Assembly: GCF_009834535.1 (NCBI RefSeq)
Contig: NC_045696.1
Span: forward strand, 39,062,001 to 39,126,000
DNA length: 64,000 nucleotides
Source: Camelus ferus
Taxonomy: Eukaryota
Direction of reading: 5' to 3'
Each line of letters opens with the position of its first letter. Within the stretch, counting starts at the first letter, position 1. Positions 1 through 41,789 of this stretch are shown one piece after another. The notes below the pieces were generated by a model. That model had not been told where the DNA came from. It made no database searches and worked only from the letters and a program-made list of their open reading frames with translations. The position numbers and the translations under genes are program-made.

Positions 1-848
1 CCATTGCATCCTTTGAGACTGAGCTCACACACCACCATGGCCGGGAAGCTTCCTTGAGTCCTGCTCCCTTCTGCTAAAAGGGATCCAGGCTTCCACTAGG
101 AACTCTCACAAGGCACATGCTTCTCCGCCCTGGACTGCATTACAGCATCTGCACAGTTCTCCTAATTTAGCCACTCGTTAGTAACGCCCCGAACACAAGG
201 ATGGTGAACTTGTTTTGATTTCTTCCCCATCCTAGCATGGTACCTTGTACATATTCATGAATGAAAAAGAACAAAATTGATTCTCTTCTTGTCTGACATG
301 AGGGCTTGGGCGAATACTTACTTTTAATGTAGAAATCACTCCCATCCCTGTGCATTCTGGCTTTTTGTCGCTGATGTTAAATGAGAAATGCCTTTTCTTC
401 CCCCCTAGGAATGTTTTTAAGAGCCTAGAGAAATGAAGTCTTGTTTTCTCAGTGACTGCTTCCGTGACCTCCTGGGAAATGAGAGTGCCCTTCCGTTCTG
501 TGTTTATTCTCTTGCCGGCCAAAAGCAAGGCAGGACCAAAATGTGGTCCGTATTACAGCACAACCAGACCTTAACATGTGATTGGAGCCAGGTCTCCACT
601 TTCACTACGAGATTAAGATTGCTTTTCCAAAAGTTCAACTTTAGTATACAAAGGAAGTGAGTACAAATTAGTAATGGAATCTGACCTCGCCACTGCACTT
701 TTGACTACAACACCATCAGAGGGTAGAGCGGTAAACGACACGCCCGTGAGAAGCAGTGGGTCCAGGGTGCCCTGCGTTCTGACTGGGAGCCACTGAGGTA
801 TGGCTGCCCTGTATGGTGATGCTTTTTTTGTCTTTTCTCTGCTGTTAG

Positions 849-10413
<9,565 letters not shown>

Positions 10414-10867
10414 GAGACCCTGCAGCCTCCCTGAGAGTCAGCACAGGGAGCAGGGACCACGTCCCGTGGAAAGGAAGCTGCTCACCCTCACACTCCTGGA
10501 TCACTGAGCGAACTTCTTCCCCAACTACAAGACTGTGGCTCTTAACCATAGAAAAGCTCAAAATATTCTTGCCAGTCATTCCATGTTCCTCTGAAGAGCG
10601 TGTTCTGATTTCTGGGAGATTGTATTCCCACCTGATCTCCAGCTTTGGTGAGCAAGTTTCCTGAGGTCTGTTTCCTCTCCTCTCCACCGAACAGGAATCC
10701 TAGTCCTGACTGTTGTCAGACGCTGGTGATGCTGTCATCCTGTGTTAGCTGTTAACCCCCTAGCAGACGCGTGTATGAGCGCCAGGCACAGGGAAGCAGG
10801 GTCCTATAGGTCAAGTCAGACTTTTAAAAAGGTGAATACTTTTTTAGCAATATCTGAAAACATATTT

Positions 10868-10873
10868 AATAAA
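10868..10873 (+). terminator. Candidate proximal poly(A) signal of CRYBG3
   Basis: AATAAA ~450 nt after the stop codon. Confidence 0.4.
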
Positions 10874-11968
10874 CCTTCCTATTAAGCTGCTGTATTAGAT
10901 AAATAGTCAAGGTTCTCTACTGAGGCTTTTTATAACTGAAGCACTGTAAGTATTCACACTTGTCACTGCCCCCAGGGAGGGGCCTCAGCTTTGTAAGGAA
11001 AATGGCTCAACTACTGGAGTGTTTTCTGTGGCTGCTCTTTGCTCAGTCCTTCAAACTAAAAAAGCACAAATAATATGCAGCCATCCTGGCACTCTCAGTA
11101 TTAACAAAGACACCCTTCTGGGTGACAAGACTCTAACCAAGGCTTACCTGTCCCTGAGCAGAGACCTCCCTGATCTGCCCTCACGGTATAAAGACTCTGT
11201 CACCCACGTAAAAGATCAAATTTTTCTTCGCCTGAAGTAAAAGAAAATTTCAAACATTCAAAACCAAGCGGTATTTGAGCTTGACTTATATACCATTTTA
11301 CTTTACAAAATGACAAACTGTTTTTTACTCCCGTTTGGAATAGCTTTCATTCAAGCAAAATCAGGTAGGACATCGTCTTTGACTTGGTTACAAGTAATCG
11401 TTACCACCAGTCACCATGCAATCCACAAGCACCTTGCCCTCCTCAGTTGGTTTTAAACGTAAATTGAGACAACAGTTTCCTTCATCCCCAACTTTTGCCA
11501 GAAAGCAGAAAAACATCTGCCCTATTTTTATATAGAAAGATTAAATTCTCCAGTGATATTTTTTAAAAAGTATCAACCTATATGCACTTTAGAATATAAA
11601 ATAACAGTGAGCTGTTTTAACTCAAGACCCACTATTTTGAGTATTTTTTATAGAGACTTGGTCTTTCCATGTAAATATTATTGGGGCTTCTTTTTTTTTC
11701 CTTCAATCTCAGGCTCTTTTGTCACCTTTCAAGCAACATCTGTAAAAACCCCTTTATGCCCATAGCTGCGATGGCCTCTTACTAGTAAGGCAGTATTATT
11801 TAATGAAATTTATGTTATAGGAGTAACTTTATTTTAATGGGGAGGGGGGCTTGTGTATACATGAAGGTATGTATATTTTCATTGTAAAAAACCAAGTTAA
11901 ATTTTCTTTTTCTTCATGTTAATTGTTTAAAATTTTTCCAGAGCCAGTGAGGCTCTTTAAAGAAGCTG

Positions 11969-11974
11969 TTTATT
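11969..11974 (-). terminator. Candidate poly(A) signal of RIOX2
   Basis: TTTATT on + (AATAAA on -) ~360 nt past the RIOX2 stop; a second copy lies at 11828-11833. Confidence 0.5.
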
Positions 11975-12053
11975 CCAAAGAACAAAGCCAGGTAACATTT
12001 AATTTTAAATGAAACACTTATTAGAGCTGTGCCTTTTCTACCACACTGGATTA

Positions 12054-12059
12054 AATAAA
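12054..12059 (+). terminator. Candidate distal poly(A) signal of CRYBG3
   Basis: AATAAA after a long AU-rich UTR-like tract and followed by a GU/U-rich element (gtgtggttttgtcactttct). Confidence 0.6.
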
Positions 12060-12334
12060 CTTGTCAGAAAGTGTGGTTTTGTCACTTTCTGGGGCATTTA
12101 GTAAGTAATCTGGTATTCTTTCTTCCATGTGCCTCTGTTAATACTTATGGCCAACTGACCCCCTGTATCGGGCAGGTCTCGTGTTATAAGGTACGCAGGT
12201 GTGAGACACACGGGTGAGGAACATTACATTCATCTCATCCTTGGCTCAAAGCCCACATATCTGTAGAATCACGTGTCTATATAAATATCTTAAAATCAAG
12301 TAGCTATAGACATATTTAAGACTAAGTGAAGGCA

Positions 12335-32059
<19,725 letters not shown>

Positions 32060-32461
32060 TCAGGAGTGCACACACAACAAGCACACGGACTCTTCCTCAG
32101 CCAAGGCCATTTCCTCCAGGATAAGATTCAGCAGGAAGCCAACACCACTTCTTCCAAGATATGACTCAGCCTCAAACACCACTCAGATCACATTCACAGA
32201 AAGGAAAGCATGTTTCTCCTGTACACAAGCACTAAGTCACAGAATGCATTACTTACTAGGAGGTATAATTATCCCAAATTAAACAATTCAATGGCCTCAG
32301 CAGTTCCGAGTCAGTTTTAGCCTATGGCCATTGACAAAGCAAAGTCGAAATCTTATATTTGGCTTTAATCAGCACCAGGTCCCAACTCTAATTAGATGCA
32401 CTGAGTTAAAAACACTTGACCTAGAACTACCAAGGGCTGCTTTCCAGGCCACTGGGGACAG

Positions 32462-32480
32462 TGGTGCCACCTGGTGGCTG
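32462..32480 (-). promoter_or_regulatory. CTCF motif in RIOX2 intron 1
   Basis: Minus strand reads CAGCCACCAGGTGGCACCA, matching the core CCACYAGRKGGCRS. Confidence 0.6.
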
Positions 32481-32774
32481 AAGCAAGAAGTAGCTTGCTC
32501 CCAAGTCTTCCTCAAGCACCTGGGCCACCTTACTTCCAACCTCAGCTTATTGCTAAAAATTGACACTTTACCAGAAACCTCCCATTAAAAAATAAAACAA
32601 GAAACTAATTAGGAGCTGAAAAATGAAGAGTAAATATAGTTATATCCCAAGCCTTTCAAAAGTTGTAACTTTTTAACTAACATAAGACACAACAAATAGC
32701 TACGTCATTAACCTCTAACACAGCACTCCTCCCTCTGGCTTTCACGGGCACACACATCCCCCTGGGCACCTAGA

Positions 32775-32860
32775 TGTCAGGTGGGGCTTGAGAGTCTGCA
32801 TCTCTAACAAGCTCACAGGTAATGATGCTGCTTCTGGGCCACAGACCACACTTGAGTTGT
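32775..32860. mobile_element. MER5A-like hAT fragment
   Basis: ggtggggcttgagagtctgcatctctaacaagctcacaggtaatg...gaccacacttgagt. Confidence 0.65.
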
Positions 32861-33389
32861 AAGAGAAGCAACCCTCCTAAGTGTTACCAAAGGTCTCTCA
32901 GAACTGCCCCAAACCACAACTGCCGTCACACTTACAATACAGGTGTCCTTCATCTACACTTCAAGAACAGTACTTCAAATTATATGAATTTCCTGAAACT
33001 GCAAAATTCTATTTTACAGTACATTTTTTCCCCATAGGAAAGCTAGGGTGGAGGGGATTCACTGCTTTAACCAGATTCTTAAAGGAGTCCCCATCCCCTT
33101 AAAAGGTTAAAAACCACTGTGCTTACGAAAACCACTTTTTCCCAGAGACCAGTAACTTATTTATAAATGTTATGCTTTTCTATTTTATGGGGTTATCAGA
33201 ATTGCAAGAACAGTTTTCTGCTCTTTTATCATTATAACTAAGCTGTATTTCAGGTACACTGTGGACTGAGTAGAATGAATGGTCTGGCCTGGGAAGCAGG
33301 CAGCAGAACGTGTCACACTTACGACAACTCACATATAAATTTAGAATTGATTAAGTTCAGAATAAATCTAGAAAATAAATATAGAAGAT

Positions 33390-33692
33390 CCCTTTGTCCA
33401 GCGTAACCAGCCCAATGGTCACTTAGTGGCCGCCGTGGTTATCAGATTGTCGACGTTATCGCAGAGATGGTGTGCAAGTGACCCTTGTTTTACTCAATAA
33501 TGGCTTCAAAGCACAGAAGTAGTGATGCTGGCAATTCAGATATTCTCTTACTGTGCCTAATTTATAAGTTAAACTTTATTGTAGGTATGTATGAATAGGA
33601 AAAAACTCTATTATATATAGAGTTCAGTACTATCCAGTTTCAGGCATCCACTAGGGGTCTTGGCACATTATCTTCCACGGATAAGCGGGCAC
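33390..33692 (+). mobile_element. MER44 (Tigger7-derived) DNA transposon
   Basis: gtcacttagtggccg...gtagtgatgctggcaattcagatat...caggcatccactaggggtcttgg...cggataag. Confidence 0.8.
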
Positions 33693-34169
33693 AAATATAT
33701 AAAACTCTCTAGAAGTCTCGTTCTAGCTTCTAAATTTTGAACCCACAAATAGCTCAGTTCCTTCAAAAGACCAAGTGCTTTTGGTAGGGAAACACAGGAC
33801 CATGGCAGGAAACTAATACAAACTGATTCTGAAAGCTTCCCTTGAATGGGTAAGGGCTTAAGCTTAAAAGCTTTTTCCCTTAAACTTAGGGGGAAAAACA
33901 AATTTGGTGCTTTAGGATTTATCATCAATGAGGCACATTTTCTGAAAATGCTTCCTATTCCTTTTCAGTGAAACAGACCAGCTTGATTTCTCAACTGAAG
34001 AATCAAGGCTTCAGTGAGACAAAATATTGCTAGAACTTGGAACCCAGAAATGTAGAAATACAAAAAGATGAAAACAGATTCAGTCAATAGCCCTGCTTAT
34101 GCAGAAAATTTACTTGTTATCCTTTGAAACGCCAGCATGTGGCCGAGAGTGTTCTCACCGCCATTAACT

Positions 34170-34475
34170 GATAATAGGAACTCACTGAGCCTCAACTCTA
34201 CAAACGATGGGGGTTATGAAGATCACCTGCATTCCTTCTGGGCGTCAGGAACTTTGATGTCTGCCAGGCAAGAAGGTCCTACCTGATCAGCCCCCAGTAA
34301 AAACCCTGGGCACTGAGTGTCTAATGAGCTTCCCTGGCTGGCGGCACTTCACATGCGTTGTCAGAATTAGCGGCTGCAGCAATTGTGCACTTGGTCTTCT
34401 TTCGCTGTAATAAATCAGCTGTGAGTCCTAGCAAATCACCGACCCTAGGGGTTGTCTTGGGGACCCCCTGACACA
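34170..34475 (+). mobile_element. MER68/MER77/MER21-like LTR fragment
   Basis: cagcccccagtaaaaaccctgggcactgag...gagcttccctgg...gtcttggggaccccctgacaca terminus. Confidence 0.65.
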
Positions 34476-35809
34476 TTGCTCACATTTAATTTTTAAAAAC
34501 TGTTAGGTTGGCTCAGAAGGTTTGGATCATTAAAGGTACCCTATAATGAAAAAGTAATTTCATATTCAGCCACACATCTCTTATCCCTCACAACCTGTCA
34601 GTTAAAATTTATTTAAGGGATGTGAGCAGCAGGAAGATGCAAACAAAAGGCCTGTTTTCTTTAAGCATAATAGATGAAAACAGCATAAGCATACTCACCA
34701 GGAAGAGTGAAAAAAAATGTGCAAAATACTTCAGCCAAAAATAAAATCACTTGGAGCTTTTTTCCCATCTCCAATCACTGACAAAATAAACCGCAACAGT
34801 GCATAACAAATGCTTTTGTTAGAACATAAATTTCAGTACTTATACTGCCAAAAGTTACATCATTTACTGCTTATGTTCATATTGAAATGATCTGTGGCTT
34901 AATTGGAACCAAGCTTAGAGGTTACTGGGTAAACATACTATTTCTCTGATTCTCACTCTATCCATATTGTAAGACAAACATTTTAACAGCTTTTGGAAGG
35001 TGGAGAGGACAACACAGGACACAGCCCACCACAATAAACATACAAAAATAATAAGCTGCATCACAATTTCAGAAATGTAAAAAAAAAAAGTGTGTCTTGG
35101 AATCTAAGAAATACAAGAATTAAGCAAGGGAATGCTTTGTCTAGAAAAGTACAGCCAACACAAGCCTGCCTCTAAACCGCACGGACCACCCAAACAGAAG
35201 AGTAAATATTTTTATAAAGCTGGGGGCGGGGGGGGGGGGAGCAAGTTTTTAAAAAGCAATTGTTTCCACTTTGAGTTAACTATAGCATTAAAATGTAAAA
35301 AGTCTAAAGATTCAAGGTTCGTATTTTACTAACTGCCCCCAGATAAAAAACACCAGCTAATGTAAACAACTTTGAAGGATTAAACTCCACAAGAAAATCA
35401 GTACTGGTACCCATTCTACAGCAAACAAATATACATAAAGCCTTTATATTTTTAAGTGTCCCAACCTTCTTCTCTATGGAGAACCTTCTTCTCTGAGAAG
35501 TCCTAACACAAGACAGCTATCCGCACATTCCCAGAGCCTAGTACAGAGTATGGCATGTAAGTCCTCAATAAACATTTGCTGAATAAAGTCTTTTTCCCCC
35601 TCTTTCATCTTTTGTATACAATTTTAGAGAAAAATCTCAAAAGCCTTACACAAAACAGAGTGGGGGGGGGCAGATGGTTTGTTCAGTGGGGATTATTCGG
35701 ATGGCAGCTGTAGCCTGGGTATTTAAAAGTACTGTCAGAGCTGAGAGGCCTCTTAGCCACCAGTGGTCATTACCAAGCAGGGAAGGGAGGCGTGTCTTTA
35801 TAATCTCCA

Positions 35810-35930
35810 GAGCTGTGTTTTACAGAGTGTAGTCAAGTGACCAGGAACGCTTGTTAGCATGCAAATTTCTGGGCCCCATATCAAGCCTACTGGATTAGCA
35901 ATTCTGGTAGCTAGGGCCCAGAAATCCGCA
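35810..35930. mobile_element. MER5-like hAT fragment
   Basis: cttgttagcatgcaaatttctgggcccc...cctactggattagcaattctgg...gggcccagaaatc. Confidence 0.6.
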
Positions 35931-35943
35931 GAAACACAGTATC

Positions 35944-36008
35944 AAAAAAAAAAAAAAAAAAAAAAAGGAGGAGGAGAGGAAGGAAAAAAAGAAGTTAAAA
36001 AAAAAAAG
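35944..36008 (+). repeat. Poly(A)/GA-rich tract
   Basis: Run of >20 A followed by ggagga... and further A runs. Confidence 0.8.
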
Positions 36009-36399
36009 TAACCACCTAAAACATTTCTCTTAGGCCCACGTTAAAGTTTATCAAGTCAGGGAGGGGAAAGTGGTTCTCCTATTGACTTAAAGCTGTGATT
36101 GGTACTTATGTTTTTGGTTCTATTTTAGGAAGAATGCGTCATATCTCATTAATGTATTTTAGTAACCATGAGGTTACAAAGGAGGAGGGCAGAGGCAAAA
36201 CTATCCAAGCCGATGGTGGAAGAAGCTGGGTAAATCAGGCTCTTCCACTTAAAGATGAGACCGGTGAAATGAAAGGCCTGGCGCTGGATTTACAGCTTGT
36301 CAGTTAAGTAATCAGAGCCTGCGATTCCCAGGCCTGTACGTCCTGAAAACACAGTGACCAACCTGGTCTAATTAACCCGATGGACGCCAACAGTCAGGC

Positions 36400-37200
36400 A
36401 GCCGTCCTAGGCACATTCGGTGACCCATGAATGAAGCGGAGGGGTAGGCTGTAATTTTAAAGTCAGGGTGTGGTGGGAGAGACGCAGCTTCCCAAGCCCG
36501 CACTTCAGGTTTCCCAGCAGTAAAGCCCGGCTCTTAGGCCCCACCTGCCGCCCAGGTGCGGCGCCCACGTGGTGGCCGCGCTCCCGGAGAACCCGCCGCG
36601 CCGGCGCGAAGGCGGGCACCACCCTCCATGCCAAGCCTCCAAACTTTCCACGTGCTCGTCCTGTCTCCAGACCACAGGCCGAGCACGTACCTACACGCTC
36701 GGCGCCCAGGCCATTCGCGACCCTAGTCCCGGATCCCGGCGGCGCCAGACCCGGCGTGTCCAGCGTCCCCGTCCCCGGGATAGTGGAGCTCGTCGGCGCG
36801 CGTCCCCCATACCGCAACCACCAGCGCCCGCCGGCCCGGGCCCGACCGCACCGAAGCTCCCGGCCCGAGTCCGGGGGCCGGCCCTGAAGTCCTCCCCCTC
36901 CCAACCCCGACCTTGCGTCACCCGCACTAGCGCCTCGGCGCCCGGAGGATGAGCACGACCGCCAGTACCCGCGGCGCGGGGCAGCGGGCGGGGATCGCTC
37001 CACTCACCGGGCTCGGCCTGTTGCGCGCGGGTGCGAGCCGAGCCGGGGGCGGGGCGCGGGCTGGGGGCGATGTGCGCACGCTCGGGGCGGGCCCTCCTGC
37101 TCCGTGCCCGCCTCCCGGCCGCGCCGCCGGCCGCCCGCGGTGGGGGTGCTTCCGGCACTCGGATCCCGAGTGCGGTCAGGGCTCACGCCAGTACATTTCC
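36400..37200 (-). promoter_or_regulatory. RIOX2: RIOX2 CpG-island promoter and non-coding first exon(s)
   Basis: Very GC/CpG-dense block ~4.4 kb upstream of the first coding exon. It has GC boxes (37046-37054, ~37084-37091), an ETS core CCGGAAG (-, 37149-37155), and candidate donors on - (CCG|gtgagt, exon end 37008; TAG|gtacgt, exon end 36691). Confidence 0.88.
36566..36654. promoter_or_regulatory. Pair of MYC/MAX E-boxes
   Basis: CACGTG at 36566-36571 (cCACGTGg) and 36649-36654 (cCACGTGc) inside the CpG island; MINA is an established MYC-induced gene. Confidence 0.75.
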
Positions 37201-37825
37201 TTATTCGGTGTAAAAGGAAATAAATGAGGATTTTGTTGTTGTATTTTGAGTTGCGGCGGAAGGAGGCTCAGAATCTGGGGACGCATTCTAGTACAACCAT
37301 GTTCCTTTAATGAATGAGAACCTGAGGCCGGGAGAGGGGAGGTGAGCTGCCCAGGTTTAGGGAGCTAGTGGTCCAGGTTCTCCATCACTTTCTTAGACAC
37401 GCTGTCTGCTACGCTGTGCTGCTTTGTACTAAGACAGCTTTAATGTAAAATGTGTTGCTCCCGGAGAGAGAATGAATCCTGTTTTAAAAGAAAACTGTAA
37501 ATTCTTGCAACTGTGGCTGTAGAAGCAAAGAACAAAAGCAATGATTTGACTAATTTCGGCCTAATACTGTCTCCTTTTGACTCATCAGGACTTCGAGGTT
37601 GAGAAGTTGGGACCAGTGGAAGGGAGTCAGTTACTCACCTCTGCCCTGGCCTGTGCCCTTCTTTGTTCTGTTGACAGCCAAAGAGGACACAGAGGAAAGA
37701 CGTCTTTTCATTCTGTTAACATGATTGAGACCAGCAGCTGTATCTGATGGTTAAGTGACACGTGAGCAAATGGAAACGAAGTATACATACCTTTATCTGA
37801 CACTTGTCTAAAGTAACAGTAATAG

Positions 37826-38322
37826 TGTTAGGTAGTTGAGATAGAAATGAACACTGGGCAGGAGGAGAAGAAGGGGAAAGGAACAACCCAGAAAATGGCA
37901 GTGTCTGCATTCAGGAAAAGGGACTCCAGACATTTTTACTTTCTCTAAATAAGGGCCAGTAAAAGAAGCCAGTTAAAATCAAAGCACTGCAGCTGCGCAT
38001 GGGAGGGGACCTGGTATAACTTGACCCGATAAACCTGCCCAAAACGGGATGGGCGTAACAGAGCACAGGGAACCTGAGTTGTCAATCAATCAATCAATCA
38101 TGAAACCAGGATATGAAAACAGGAAAAACAAAGGAATGGCGCCATGTTTCCTCTCTTGAATTGGCCTGCTCCCAATTCTCTGGAATGTATATCTTTTGCT
38201 ATTTTTTTTACTTCACTAATAAAAATCTTGCTTATATCACATTTTCTGTCTCTTGTCAAAAGAAAATTTTTTTCAGGTGACTAAGAACCAAGGTAATTCT
38301 TACTTTCCTTTTCCCAGTAACC
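37826..38322 (+). mobile_element. ERV1-class solo LTR upstream of RIOX2 promoter
   Basis: Begins TGTTAGGTAGTT, ends ccagtaac(c); 4-bp TSD atag/atag; AATAAA near 38218; internal (TCAA)n microsatellite. Confidence 0.75.
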
Positions 38323-38359
38323 ATAGCAAGGCTTGAACTGAATTCTTCTGCTTTCTGGC

Positions 38360-38520
38360 ACCATGCTAGGTGTTTCATAGACTCCTCACCACAAACTCCA
38401 CTTTACAGTTTAGGAAAGTGAGTCAGGAGAGGTTAAGTAAGTGCACAAGGTCACACAGCTAGGAAGTAGCAGAAACAAGACTGGAGCCAAACCAGTCAGT
38501 CAACTGTTTAGTCCTTTCCC
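38360..38520 (-). mobile_element. MIR
   Basis: ctttacagtttaggaaagtgagtcaggagaggttaagtaagtgcacaaggtcacacagctaggaagtagcaga. Confidence 0.75.
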
Positions 38521-41500
38521 AGAGTGTTGTGCTTTCTGCCTCCCACCATCACCTGAAAGCTGCCGGGCAGATTCCAGTCAAGGAACTTGGAGTTCAGTTC
38601 AAATTTAGCCCTTTCAGAGAAGACTACGTAAAAACTCTACTCTACTTCACATGATGTTGGTAACATACCTTGTTCTTTATTTTTACTTCAAACCATCTCC
38701 TGAAGATAATATAGAGCAGTATGGATGTTACAGGGATTCAGAAAATGGTAAATTCTCACCCTTGTCCATTACATGGAAAAGCAGTACTTTGTGTCTGTCA
38801 TAAAGAAAAGTTCCAATGTCAACACAAAAAACTATTTCCTGGCATATAGAATAGTACCTAGGATGTCTAACAGAACAAAGCACATATTGAAGTCAGCTCT
38901 GCTAGGGAAAATCATACATCGTATCTAGCAGTTCCCCTGATGCAAAATTAGTCTTTCAGTATTCTCTCTGATATTTTCATTATAGTCCAGATTTCTTAGT
39001 ATGGCAAGCAAAAAAGTCATGATCTTCGGACCTAAACATGGTGCCTGGCATGTCTATAAAGCAAAGGAGGAAGGAGCGGATGTGAGGGAGATGGGGGTTG
39101 AGGGTGGCCAGTGGCTCATTAACTTGCCCAGGGAGCTTCTAGCATCTATGGCATTCCTAATATACTGTTTCCAATACCTTCTTTTTCATCTTTTGCTTTT
39201 AGTTAGTTGAGTTTAAAAGCTCTGCCAGAAGATAAGAAAAGGAATACTATCCAGTCCCCAACTTATTTATTCCAAGAGTCATTAAAAAGTCAATTATTTC
39301 CTTTCCATAATTCACTTTCTCATGAAAACAGTGTCATAGATAGTCAGGGTTGGCTCAGCCACTCAGACCTGCCTAGAAGTCCCCAGATTTCTGAATCAAT
39401 CAACTTGGGATCCTCCTGCAGATCCTGGGAACAACATGCCAAGATGACAGGAGAAGGTAGAGAATTCCCTTCTTGTCTTGTCTTGGACATAAACCCTGAA
39501 CAGATGCGTTTGTGATTCTTACAAAACTAAGTTACACTCCTGCAGAGGTCCTTTATGTTCGTACCCTTGGGGTTGCTTTGTTAAAAGTTCTTTTCAGACC
39601 CAGGTTTGTCATCCTTCTCTGTGGCCTCCTCCTTGGCTGTTCTGGGAGATCCTTAGGATTTTAGCCTCCTCACTGTGACTCCACCAGGCCTGACCTGCCC
39701 AGGGGTCAGGCTGCAAACATGCACCCCTGTCCTACCTCCACCTCCAGTCAAAGTGCAGCTGGCCACAAACAATCTAAGAAACATGGTGTGCGAGTGTACT
39801 TTTTAAAGTTGTTGGGTCTACCTCGGGGGGAGAGGCCACCAAGTATATGAACTCGGACAACTCTCTCTCTTTGCTAACGCCCAGTTTCCTCATTTATAAA
39901 ACGAGACCAAGCCAGATGTTCTGCGTTGTCCCTACTGACTCTCAAATTCTGTGATCCTAAGGGTCTGTGAACCGAGTTCCACAGGGTGTTTAGGAGAAAA
40001 ATCAGTCTGGTTGGAATCACTCATGCATCTATAAACATTGATGAACTTGTAAAATGACTAGTATTTGTACATTAAAGTTTTTTGTTTTAAAACTTTCTTT
40101 TAATTTGCAGGGCTGCTGCATTGCAGAACTCTAGAAGGCACACACATGGTTTTAAACTATGTGAATGGTGCCCCTTACGTACTTGTATTCACTTTGGTCC
40201 AGAAAATATCTAAATAATTTCTTTCTTATATATGACTTTATTTTATATCTATACCATTATTATCCTTTTTATAAACAGCATTAGACATAGATATAGATAT
40301 ATAAATAGACTGATTATATTTATAAATATATAAAATATATGTAAATATATAAACTGAGGCATAGCAAGGTTAAATAACTTGCTCAAAATTATGGACATTG
40401 AATAGCAGATCTGAGACTTAAATCTAAAGCCCATGCTGCCTAACTACTGATCCTCTCTGCCTCCTTTTTCTGCATCTGTAAAAGTGGTTAATTTTGCCTA
40501 ACTCATAAAGCTATTGTGAGTCTCAGGTGAGAGAGAGTAAGCAGAAAAGTTTTAAAACCATAAAATGTGATTCACCCGAGAGGCATTGTTGTTAAATCCT
40601 TTATATCATCTTGAACGTGATCCACAGAATGAATTAAATGCAGTTGAGCCTTTTACACATATATGCTTCAGTTCATTGACAAGACTCATCAAGCAAGGCA
40701 GCTTCAACCTGACATGCTTATCACCATGGAATAATTTTGGGATTGTGGTAACTTCAGAAGAGCCTTTTGTAGGGGAGGGGGAGAGATGATCCAGGCTGAG
40801 ATCATCCAAATTTTTAGTTGTGACATATACCTCATGGAAATCAATATATTTAACTTGAAAAAAGCATACCATCACTGTTTGGAATTATATTTTACATATA
40901 TCTATAACTATGTCTGTTTTACATGTCTTAGAGGCAGGAAATTGTTTTCTTCCATTCTGAGAACTAGAACAGAACTTTGCATTGTAGCTACTCAGTGTTT
41001 ACAAAAGTGAATTGAGCTAGTATTCCCATTTTCTTACTTACTATCTAATTCCTTTTAGAGCCTGTGCATATAGGAAAATCAGTTATTAGGCTGTATAACT
41101 TTTTAAATGAAATGATACTGCAGATTTCCCTTCTCCAGCAGCTCAGCACATGTTAAAACACACCTTGGATTTCAGCCAATGACTTTTCCTCATGGAGATG
41201 TTTTGTTACTTAATATGTTACCTCTAAACCTGAAATAGAGTTGTCTGTGATTCTTATAAAAATAAGATACACTCCTGCACAAGTGCTCTCTGTTCATACT
41301 TATTGGATTGCCTCGTTAAAAAGTAAACAAGCTCCTATTGAAATGTTTCCTGGGAGACTAAAAATAATGTACAGATGGATGAGAGAACTTCGGCATAGTG
41401 ATTGTACATTAGTTTACTTATTTTCTTTTTAAAAATTTATCAAAATGACCTAATTATGACCAACCAACTGATCTCCAGTGTGGTAGTAGCCAGGAACTGA

Positions 41501-41789
41501 CAGGTCTACAGATGTTTTTTAACTATCAAGGAAAAGGAAAATATACACAAACTGCTTCTAAATATAGAAAAGAAAGATAACCTTAAAAAAGAAAATTACA
41601 GAGACTGTAATTTTATTTATAAAAATGAATGTATAAACTGCAATAAAATAACTTGTATAGGAGTAGACCTAATGGGGTTTTTACATGATATTTCAGCGAA
41701 AGCCCCAAAACAGGAGACAGTCATATTTGTTCATCACCTACCATTTTCCAGGCATTTTTTTAACCTTTGTACTCAAACTTACTAGTCCA

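Noticed and set aside
36407..37227. Overlapping 127-198-aa ORFs on both strands
   Set aside because: They arise from stop-codon depletion in the GC-rich CpG island; they are low-complexity Arg/Gly/Pro/Ala with no recognisable domain.
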